Positions 38,396 through 45,618 of a DNA stretch of 64,000 bases are shown here, in pieces. Under the pieces are notes generated by a model, which was given only the letters and a program-made list of their open reading frames with translations, was not told the origin of the DNA and did not search any database. The stretch spans positions 320,001-384,000 of the forward strand of contig CAVVNQ010000008.1 in NCBI GenBank assembly GCA_963749705.1. The letters run 5' to 3'. Source of the stretch: an uncultured Chloroflexia bacterium. Lineage in GTDB: Bacteria; Chloroflexota; Limnocylindria; Limnocylindrales; CSP1-4. The translations under genes and the position numbers were made by a program. Numbering within the stretch: position 1 is the first letter of the stretch; every line of letters starts with the position of its first letter.

Positions 38396-39214
38396 GTGTC
38401 CAGAACCCTCACCCGACCGGCAGCGCTCATCGCCGGTGTGCTTGCGCTCGTCACGTTCGCGGCGCCCGCCGCGGCAGCGGACGATGCCATGGTTCGCGTG
38501 CTCCACGCCTCGCCCGACGCACCTGCCGTCGATGTCTACGTCGATGGCACGAAGGTCGGCGACCCGCTCGCCGGCCTCGAGTTCGGCGACCTGTCCGCCT
38601 ATGTCGCACTGCCGGCCGGGACCTACGACATCAAGGTCTGCGCAACGGCCGACGCCTCGATCTGCCCGATCGACGCGAGCGGCGTCACCCTGACGGCCGG
38701 AACGCACTACACGATCGCTGCCACCAACGTGCTCGCTTCGATCGAGGCCCAGATCATCACCGACGACGCCACCCCGGTCGCCGACAAGACCCTGGTCCGC
38801 GTCGTGCACTTCTCGGCGGACACCCCGGCGGTCGACGTCCTGACCCAGGACGGCGCCGCGAAGGTCGTCGAGAACCTCGCCTACCCGAACCCGACCGGCT
38901 ACCTCACGCTCGATCCCGGTTCCTACGACCTCAAGGTGTGCGCCAACGCGGACAACAGCGTGTGCCCGCTCGACCCGCCCGCCCTGGACCTTGCGGCCGG
39001 GCGCGCCTACAGCGTGTTCGCAATCGGGTCGCTCACGGCGGAGAGCCTGACGGCCGTCGTCGGGGTGGACGCCATCCTGGCACCCGCCACCGACACGGTC
39101 AGCGACACGGCACCCGCGTCCACCGGCTCGGGCATCGCGCTGCTGCTGCTGGTTGGGTTCGGCCTCACCTTCCTCGGCGCGCTCCGCCTCGCGACGGGCC
39201 CGGTCCGCCGGTAG
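38396..39214 (+). CDS. Secreted DUF4397 protein with C-terminal sorting-like signal
   Basis: Signal peptide, VRVLHASPDAPAVDVY and a second degenerate copy, APATDT + TM + RR tail; GGAGG RBS. Confidence 0.88.
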   Translation: MSRTLTRPAALIAGVLALVTFAAPAAAADDAMVRVLHASPDAPAVDVYVDGTKVGDPLAGLEFGDLSAYVALPAGTYDIKVCATADASICPIDASGVTLTAGTHYTIAATNVLASIEAQIITDDATPVADKTLVRVVHFSADTPAVDVLTQDGAAKVVENLAYPNPTGYLTLDPGSYDLKVCANADNSVCPLDPPALDLAAGRAYSVFAIGSLTAESLTAVVGVDAILAPATDTVSDTAPASTGSGIALLLLVGFGLTFLGALRLATGPVRR

Positions 39215-39240
39215 CCCTCCCCGGTTCTCCTCCTCCCGGT

Positions 39241-39268
39241 CGATGCCCCGCCCTCGGGCGGGGCATCG
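39241..39268. terminator. GC-rich hairpin between convergent genes
   Basis: CGATGCCCCGCC-CTCG-GGCGGGGCATCG perfect stem. Confidence 0.65.
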
Positions 39269-39286
39269 CCATGCCCGCTTAGCAGG

Positions 39287-40174
39287 TCAGCGGGCGGGCG
39301 GCGGCAGGCTCCCGACGAACCGACGGATGACCCGGGCCAGCTGCGGACCGGAGACCTCGCCCGCCTCGAGCACCTCGGCGTGGGTCAGCGGCTGTCCGCT
39401 GTACCCCGCGCCCGCGTTGGTGACCAGGGACACGCCGCACACCTCGAGCCCGATCCAGCGCGCGGCGATCGCCTCGAGCACCGTGGACATGCCGACGGCA
39501 TCGGCGCCCATCGTGCGCAGCATCCTGACCTCGGCCGGGGTCTCGTACGTGGGGCCGATCAGGCCGGCATAGATGCCCTCGGCGAGCTCGACGCCCTCGG
39601 CCGTCCCGGCCGCGTGGAGCCGCTCGCGGAGGCGGGGTGACCAGACGTCGGTCATGTCCGCGAACCGGGGCCCGAGCTCGTCCGCGTTGGGCCCCAGCAG
39701 CGGCGTGCGTCCAGTGAGGTTGAGGTGGTCCGAGATGACCATGAGCGTCCCGGGCCCGAAGGACGGGTTGACGCCGCCGGCGGCGTTGGTCAGCACCACG
39801 AGCTCCGCGCCCAGCTGGCGGAACAGCAGCACCGGCTGGACCACCAGCCCGGGGGCGTTGCCCTCGTACAGGTGGAACCGGCCCTGGAGCATGACGACCG
39901 GGGTCCCGGCCAGCCGGCCCAGCAGCACCCGGCCCGCGTGCCCCGGTGCCGTCGCGACGGGCCAGCCGGGCAGGTCCTCGAACGGGATGGTGACCGCATC
40001 CTCGAGATCGTCGGCGAGGCTGCCCAGCCCCGATCCCAGGACGATGCCGGCGCGCGGGACGAGGGCCGTTCGCGCTCGCACGGCCGCAGCCAGGGCCGCC
40101 AGGCGAGCCGGTTGCTCCGCGGGCGCGATCGGGCGCGACCGGTCGATGGGCGTCAGGGGAAGGTCGTCGCTCAT
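39287..40174 (-). CDS. punA: Purine-nucleoside phosphorylase (trimeric family)
   Basis: GIVLGSGLG, QGRFHLYEG, TNAAGG, GPTYETPAE, GADAVGMSTV. Confidence 0.93.
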   Translation of the reverse strand: MSDDLPLTPIDRSRPIAPAEQPARLAALAAAVRARTALVPRAGIVLGSGLGSLADDLEDAVTIPFEDLPGWPVATAPGHAGRVLLGRLAGTPVVMLQGRFHLYEGNAPGLVVQPVLLFRQLGAELVVLTNAAGGVNPSFGPGTLMVISDHLNLTGRTPLLGPNADELGPRFADMTDVWSPRLRERLHAAGTAEGVELAEGIYAGLIGPTYETPAEVRMLRTMGADAVGMSTVLEAIAARWIGLEVCGVSLVTNAGAGYSGQPLTHAEVLEAGEVSGPQLARVIRRFVGSLPPPAR

Positions 40175-40371
40175 GGGGGCAGGATAGCCGCGCGCCGATG
40201 GGTCGGCATCACCGGACGCCTGGGCTGCGGCGGAGTCGCCTGCGCCCGATCGCGGTCCGGGAGCCGAAAACTTCGACGCCCGGAGGGAGTACCGACACCG
40301 GGATGCCGGTCACGTCCTTCCGGGCGCCCACCGCGACGGCCCTTGCGGACCGCCGACGCTGGCAACGAAGC

Positions 40372-40513
40372 GCCCGAAGCGACCGGAGAGCGTCGGTCCT
40401 TGATGTGATCGCGGACCTGACGCCGGCGTGGCCTTGAGGTGATCTCAGCCGGCCGGGTGGAACGGGCTTGAGGCGATCGCCTCCGTTCCGGGCCTCCATC
40501 GGCCCCTTCGGGC
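40372..40513 (-). ncRNA. Unannotated structured small RNA: four-way junction with three hairpins bearing near-identical 13-nt loops; may extend to ~40268
   Basis: 5' GCCCGAAG pairs with 3' CUUCGGGC; loops GCGAUCGCCUCAA, GAGAUCACCUCAA, GCGAUCACAUCAA at exact 34-nt period; own promoter. Confidence 0.7.
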
Positions 40514-40520
40514 AGGACCC

Positions 40521-40549
40521 ACACTAGGGGCGCCGCGCCCGACCTCCAA
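40521..40549 (-). promoter_or_regulatory. sigma70-type promoter of the small RNA
   Basis: TTGGAG-17-TAGTGT; predicted +1 at ~40513 coincides with the 5' end of the closing stem. Confidence 0.65.
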
Positions 40550-40554
40550 GCGGG

Positions 40555-40629
40555 TTGTCCACCAACCGCGGGCCACGGCCCGTCCCGTCGTCCACGAGTT
40601 TTCCTCCCCTGTGGACGACCTGTGGACGA
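40555..40629. promoter_or_regulatory. Cluster of four DnaA-box-like 9-mers
   Basis: TTGTCCACC (40555), TCGTCCACG (40588), TGTGGACGA (40610, 40621). Confidence 0.45.
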
Positions 40630-40656
40630 GCGGGCCTCCCCGGGTGTCGGGCGGCG

Positions 40657-41769
40657 CTAGCCGCCCAGCGCGAACATCTCCACCTTGGGCAGCAATTCCG
40701 TGGCGGCGCTGCGCAGCTCCGAGTACCGGTCGGTGCGCACCGCCCACACGGCCCGCAGCCGCGCCTCGAGCTCCGCGTCCGTCTCGCCGTCTCGCAGCGG
40801 CGTCTTGAGGTCCGTCCCGTGCACCGCGAACAGGCAGGTGTACAGGTGACCCTCGGCAGACAGCCTCGCCCGGGTGCAGTCGCCGCAGAACGGCCGGCTG
40901 ACCGAGGCGATCACGCCGACCTCGCCCGAGCCGTCGCGGAACCGGTACCGGCCGGCCACCTCCCCGCGATAGTTGGCGCCGACGGGCTCCAGGGGCAGCT
41001 CGGCATCGATCGCCGCCAGGATCTCGTCCGCGGGCACCACGTCATCGAGGCGCCAGCCATTCGAGTGCCCCACGTCCATGTACTCGATGAACCGCAGGAC
41101 GAGGCCCCGGTCCCGCGCCCACCGCACGAGCGGCAGGATCGACGCCTCGTTCATGCCCCGGCGCACGACCGTGTTCACCTTGATCGGCGTGAGGCCGGCG
41201 GCGCGGGCCGCGTCGATGCCGTCGAGAACCCGCGACACGGGGAAGTCGACGCCGTTCATCGTGCCGAACACGCGATCGTCGAGCGAGTCGAGGCTGACGG
41301 TGATCCGCCGCAGTCCGGCGTCGGCGAGCGGAGCGGCGAGGGCACGCAGCGCGGAGCCGTTCGTGGTCAGGGTGAGGTCGACCGGTTGCCCGTCCTCCGT
41401 GCGCAGCTTCGCCAGGTGCCCGATCAGGACCGGCAGGTCGCGACGGACCAGCGGCTCACCGCCCGTGATCCTGAGCTTGCCCACGCCGAGCCGGACGAAG
41501 ATGCCGGCCAGTCGCGCGATCTCCTCGAACGTCAGCACCTCCGCCCGCGGCAGGAACGCGAAGTCGCGGCCGAACACCTCGGCCGGCATGCAGTACGGGC
41601 AGCGGAAGTTGCAGCGGTCGGTCACCGAGATCCGCAGGTCGCGCAGGGCGCGGCCGAGACGATCCGTCACGCCGGGGCGCCCATCGAACTCGAGCGCCGA
41701 GGCAGACGCGGGTGCGGCGGCGAGCGAGGTTCCAGGCGGGCGGAGGGGAGGATCGGGGACGGGTGCCAT
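40657..41769 (-). CDS. moaA: GTP 3',8-cyclase
   Basis: LRISVTDRCNFRCPYCMP, FCGDCTRARL, C-terminal GG. Confidence 0.95.
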   Translation of the reverse strand: MAPVPDPPLRPPGTSLAAAPASASALEFDGRPGVTDRLGRALRDLRISVTDRCNFRCPYCMPAEVFGRDFAFLPRAEVLTFEEIARLAGIFVRLGVGKLRITGGEPLVRRDLPVLIGHLAKLRTEDGQPVDLTLTTNGSALRALAAPLADAGLRRITVSLDSLDDRVFGTMNGVDFPVSRVLDGIDAARAAGLTPIKVNTVVRRGMNEASILPLVRWARDRGLVLRFIEYMDVGHSNGWRLDDVVPADEILAAIDAELPLEPVGANYRGEVAGRYRFRDGSGEVGVIASVSRPFCGDCTRARLSAEGHLYTCLFAVHGTDLKTPLRDGETDAELEARLRAVWAVRTDRYSELRSAATELLPKVEMFALGG

Positions 41770-42004
41770 GGCGCCATGGTAGTCGGCCGGCCGCAACGTG
41801 CCCCGATCCGGGGGTCGGATCGGTCCGCGGGCCCAACCGCGGCCTGCACCGGGAGGCGGTGCACCGATGCCACGACCCCCACCCGCCGGTACCACCGGGA
41901 TGCCCCACTGGTACCTCTAGCGACTCCACCGGAGCCCACCGGCCCGCCTATTGTCAGGCCAACGCCCGGTTCTCGGTCCCCGAGTGCAGAGGAACTTCCC
42001 GGTC

Positions 42005-43693
42005 ATGGCATCAACCGACACGCGCTCCGGATTCCGGCTCCCCTGGAGCTCGGACCGCTCCAAGGACGAAGACCAGCCCGAGTCACCCGATGCAGCCGTC
42101 GGGTCAGCCGACCCGACTGACACGCGCGAAGCCCAATCCGACGATGGAACCTGGCCGGTGGTCGATGCCCACGTGCCGCCCGACACGATCGACTCCGATG
42201 CCAGCCAGACCGACACCGACGCGTCATCCGCCCCCACCCCCGAGGAGCCCCAGGCCATGGTCGACACTGTCAGCGTCACGGCGCCCAAGCTCGCGGTCGC
42301 GCCGAAGAAGCCATCCAAGCTGATCGCCGACCTTGCCGCCGCCATGCGCACGACGGCGGAGTCCGCCCGCGAGCAGGCGGTGTCGCAGCTCGAGGCCGAT
42401 GCCACCAAGGTTGTGGAGCAGATCCGCGCCGGCGCGACCGACGGGGCCGCGGCGCTGCACCAGCGCGCCGACGACGACATCGCATCGATCCGGGAGTGGT
42501 CGAAGGCGGAGATCGCACGCGTCCGCGAAGAGACCGACCACCGGATCAGTGACCGCAAGGCCGCGCTCGAGTCCGAGGTCGCCGGCCACGCCGCCGCGAT
42601 CGACCGACGTGTCGAGGCGGTGGAGCGCACGGTCGCCGAGTACCAGGCCGAGATGGCCGACTTCTTCGACCGGCTGCTCCAGGAGGATGACCCCGGGCAG
42701 CTGGCGACCATCGCGGAGACGATGCCCGAGCCGCCGACCCTCGATGGCTGGGCGAACCTCGAGGACCTCGAGATCGACGTTTCGGGTTCGGACGATCCGG
42801 CCACGGCGGCGGAGGCGGAGGCCGAGGCGATCGCCGAGGCTTCGGCCGAGGCAGAGCCCGCGGCAGAGGTCGTGATCGAAGGCACGGCAGACGCCGAGCC
42901 GGGCGACGACGCGGAGGCGACGGTCGAAGGCGATGCCACCGACGACGCCGACGCCGGCACCGAGACCACGGGCGAGGCACAGGGCTACGGCAAGGCGTTC
43001 GATCCATGGGGCGCGGACGAGAGCTGGGTCAAGACCTCCGGGTCGACGGCCGTCGCGGAGGCACCCGCCGAGGCGCCCGCGAGCGAGACGAATCCATGGG
43101 GCCCCGCCGTCCAGGCCGCACCCGACGCCGGGGATGCGGAGCGGGAGGCGATGCTGTCAGCCCTCGAGGCCGCGGCCGAGGCGATCGCAGCCGAAGAGCC
43201 GGCAACGGACTCGAGCTTCGACGGCTACGACGCATCGATGGCCGACGCGGAGGCCGAAGCCGGGACCCTGTCAGCGGACGACGCCGACGCGGCGATGTCC
43301 GCACGCATCGGGACCGCCGACCCCGCCCCCGACGACGCTGACACCGCATCGACCGAGCTCGACCAGTCGCTGGTCGACCGGCTCGCGAGCCTGATCCCCG
43401 GTGGCGAGGAGATTGACGAGTCGACGCTCCAGCAGACGCAGGTCGCGGTCACCGGGCTGGTGTCCGTCGCGAGCATCGCCAGCTTCAAGCGGCATCTCAA
43501 CCGGACGCCGGGCGTCCAGCGCGTCACCGTCTCGTCCGGACCGAAGGGCGAGTTCGTGTTCGCCGTCACCCACCGCGACGACGTGTCGCTGAGCGACACG
43601 ATCCCGACGATGCCCGGGTTTGCCGCCCGGGTGACGGGTGTCGACGACGACGGCATCAATGTCGAGGCACGTGACCCCGAGTCGGAGGGCTGA
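42005..43693 (+). CDS. Hypothetical coiled-coil, highly acidic protein with small C-terminal alpha/beta domain
   Basis: Helical heptad region, long D/E/A-rich linker, VAVTGLVSVASIASFKRHLNRTPGV C-terminal domain. Confidence 0.75.
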   Translation: MASTDTRSGFRLPWSSDRSKDEDQPESPDAAVGSADPTDTREAQSDDGTWPVVDAHVPPDTIDSDASQTDTDASSAPTPEEPQAMVDTVSVTAPKLAVAPKKPSKLIADLAAAMRTTAESAREQAVSQLEADATKVVEQIRAGATDGAAALHQRADDDIASIREWSKAEIARVREETDHRISDRKAALESEVAGHAAAIDRRVEAVERTVAEYQAEMADFFDRLLQEDDPGQLATIAETMPEPPTLDGWANLEDLEIDVSGSDDPATAAEAEAEAIAEASAEAEPAAEVVIEGTADAEPGDDAEATVEGDATDDADAGTETTGEAQGYGKAFDPWGADESWVKTSGSTAVAEAPAEAPASETNPWGPAVQAAPDAGDAEREAMLSALEAAAEAIAAEEPATDSSFDGYDASMADAEAEAGTLSADDADAAMSARIGTADPAPDDADTASTELDQSLVDRLASLIPGGEEIDESTLQQTQVAVTGLVSVASIASFKRHLNRTPGVQRVTVSSGPKGEFVFAVTHRDDVSLSDTIPTMPGFAARVTGVDDDGINVEARDPESEG

Positions 43694-43697
43694 CCTG

Positions 43698-44927
43698 ATG
43701 ACCTCCACCGCCGGCCGCCCCGCGATCGCCGTGATGCTCCCGGCCGGCGAGCGCGATCCGATTGCCGCCGAGCTCCGTTCCAGCAACTTCGAACCGCTCC
43801 TGGTCGTCGACGCGGGAGAGCTCGCCGCGGTGCTCGCGGCTCGCCGCGACGTGGTCGTCGCGGTGCTCGATCTCGAGACCGACCCGGAGGAAGGCGCCGC
43901 TGCCCGGGGCGTCCTGCAGGATGCCGCGCACGCGATCCCGGCGCTCCTGATCGTCAAGGCGGCGACGCTCGAGCGCCTCGACAGCGGGGCACCCGGTCGC
44001 GAGGACGACGAGTACATCACGCGTCCGTATTCGGCCGAGTCGATCCGCTGGCGGGTCGAGGCGATGTGCATCCGGTCGGTCGCCGTCGACGACGGCAGCG
44101 GGCCGGTCCTGCAGTCGGCGATCACATCGAGCGACTGGAACCACCGCGGCCAGCTGATCGCGATCTTCAACCCCAAGGGTGGCGTCGGAAAGACGACCCT
44201 GGCCACCAACCTTGCCGCATCGCTGACCTCCAAGGGAAAGCGCGTCCTGCTGGTGGACGCCGACACCGTCACCGGCCACGTGACCACGTCGCTGGGCATG
44301 GAGGGTGTCCAGTCCGTCGTCGACGCCTGGCGCGACGAGCTCGACGGTGGTCCGGTGCAGTCGTTCGACGAGCTCGCCGCCGTCCATTCCTCGGGACTCA
44401 AGGTGCTTCCGCTCACGTCCAGCCCGATCCACACCGAGGTCCTCGAGCCGCAGCGCGTCGCCGCGGCCGTGACCGTGGCCCGGCGTGGCGTCGAGTTCGT
44501 GGTGATCGACCTCCATCCGTCGTACAGCCCGCTCAACCGGGCGTTGTTCGACCACGCTGACCGGATCCTGGTCCCGGTGACCCCCGACCTTCCCGCGATC
44601 CGCGCGGTCGTCCAGCTGCGCGATGTCGCCGAGGAGCTGGGCATGCGCGAGCGACTCGAGCTGATCGTCAACCGGGCCAACAGCGGGGTGTCGGTCGAGG
44701 ACCTGGAGAAGGCGATCGGGATCCCGGCCTACGCGCAGATCCGCTCGGACGGGCTGCTCCTGGTCAAGGCCGCCAACGAGGGCAAGACGGTCGTCGAGAT
44801 GGCGCCCAAGGAGAAGATCACCCAGGACTTCCACGCGATCGCCGATCGCATGCTCGGCGTCACCACGCCGGTGCCGGCCAAACCGGCGATGCGCCTGTTC
44901 GGGCGCGCCGTCAGCGCCCGAGCCTGA
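43698..44927 (+). CDS. CpaE/TadZ-like MinD/ParA ATPase with degenerate receiver domain
   Basis: PKGGVGKTT deviant Walker A, VLLVDAD, FVVID, IVNR, AANEG. Confidence 0.85.
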   Translation: MTSTAGRPAIAVMLPAGERDPIAAELRSSNFEPLLVVDAGELAAVLAARRDVVVAVLDLETDPEEGAAARGVLQDAAHAIPALLIVKAATLERLDSGAPGREDDEYITRPYSAESIRWRVEAMCIRSVAVDDGSGPVLQSAITSSDWNHRGQLIAIFNPKGGVGKTTLATNLAASLTSKGKRVLLVDADTVTGHVTTSLGMEGVQSVVDAWRDELDGGPVQSFDELAAVHSSGLKVLPLTSSPIHTEVLEPQRVAAAVTVARRGVEFVVIDLHPSYSPLNRALFDHADRILVPVTPDLPAIRAVVQLRDVAEELGMRERLELIVNRANSGVSVEDLEKAIGIPAYAQIRSDGLLLVKAANEGKTVVEMAPKEKITQDFHAIADRMLGVTTPVPAKPAMRLFGRAVSARA

Positions 44928-44957
44928 CCGCGCGACGCACCGCCGCCGGGTCCGCCC

Positions 44958-45614
44958 TCAGCGCGACCGGTCCTGCCAGCTGACGCCGCCCAGGGGCTGA
45001 CCCGGCAGCCGCTGGTGCCGTTCACCGGTCCGCAGGTCGATCTGCTCCACGCCGCGCAGGTAGAACCGGTTCACGAGGATCGCCTCGACCTCGGGGTCGC
45101 TCACCTCGACATCGCCCAGCCGGGCGACCGCGCCCACGACGGGCACGAACATCTCCGACGAGCGGTCGAGGAGGCGGTCCGGCTCCGACCCCGGATGGAG
45201 GTACACGGTCCCCGCGACCCGGAACGGCGGCGCGTCGAGGCCGACCTCGTAGGCGATCTTGTGCACCTTGAGCGCTGCCCGCTCGCTGTCGGTCAGCGGC
45301 GGCAGGCTCGCCTCGCCGGCCGTCACCAGGATCAGGTCGTACGGATCGACGCTCTGGAGGCCGGGCGCAGGCTCGAGCGGCGCCGACCCGTCGGGCGGGC
45401 CCCAGGTCACATCGGTGATGGCGATCGCCTCTCGGCGGTTGAGCGCGTCCGACAGGCGGCCGCTGATCTCCATCCGCCCCGACAGGCGCCAGTCCTCGGT
45501 GAGCGCGATGAACGGCACCCCGCGCCGGGAGCCGGTCCGCGGGCCGCTGCTCGGGACGGGCGTGGAGGCTGGGGCGTCCGCCGCCTTGGTGCGCTTCAGG
45601 AACCCGAACGGCAC
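44958..45614 (-). CDS. Hypothetical protein (possible internally duplicated beta domain)
   Basis: GAGGAG RBS in the end of acs, GTG start; fills the gap with sensible codon use. Confidence 0.7.
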   Translation of the reverse strand: MPFGFLKRTKAADAPASTPVPSSGPRTGSRRGVPFIALTEDWRLSGRMEISGRLSDALNRREAIAITDVTWGPPDGSAPLEPAPGLQSVDPYDLILVTAGEASLPPLTDSERAALKVHKIAYEVGLDAPPFRVAGTVYLHPGSEPDRLLDRSSEMFVPVVGAVARLGDVEVSDPEVEAILVNRFYLRGVEQIDLRTGERHQRLPGQPLGGVSWQDRSR

Positions 45615-45618
45615 CCGG

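Noticed and set aside
40300-40430. SRP RNA, RNase P RNA or tmRNA
   Set aside because: UCAGGUCCG is present but not followed by the SRP GAAGGAAGCAGC; no GAGGAAAGUCC (RNase P) and no tRNA-like ends (tmRNA)
40398-40478. Mini-CRISPR or TIGR-like array reading of the 34-bp periodic motif
   Set aside because: Only three 13-nt imperfect units; the intervening sequences are self-complementary stems, not spacers; no cas or Nop-domain gene in the window
40175-40513. Purine riboswitch controlling PNP
   Set aside because: No purine, ZTP or other aptamer consensus that I recognise; PNP has its own leaderless -10. Not fully excluded
40555-40629. oriC
   Set aside because: No AT-rich unwinding element and no dnaA/dnaN nearby
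41800-41870. Moco riboswitch upstream of moaA (three consecutive hairpins, GCCUCCCG)
   Set aside because: Other Moco motif elements are absent and moaA appears leaderless; such hairpins are common at this GC content
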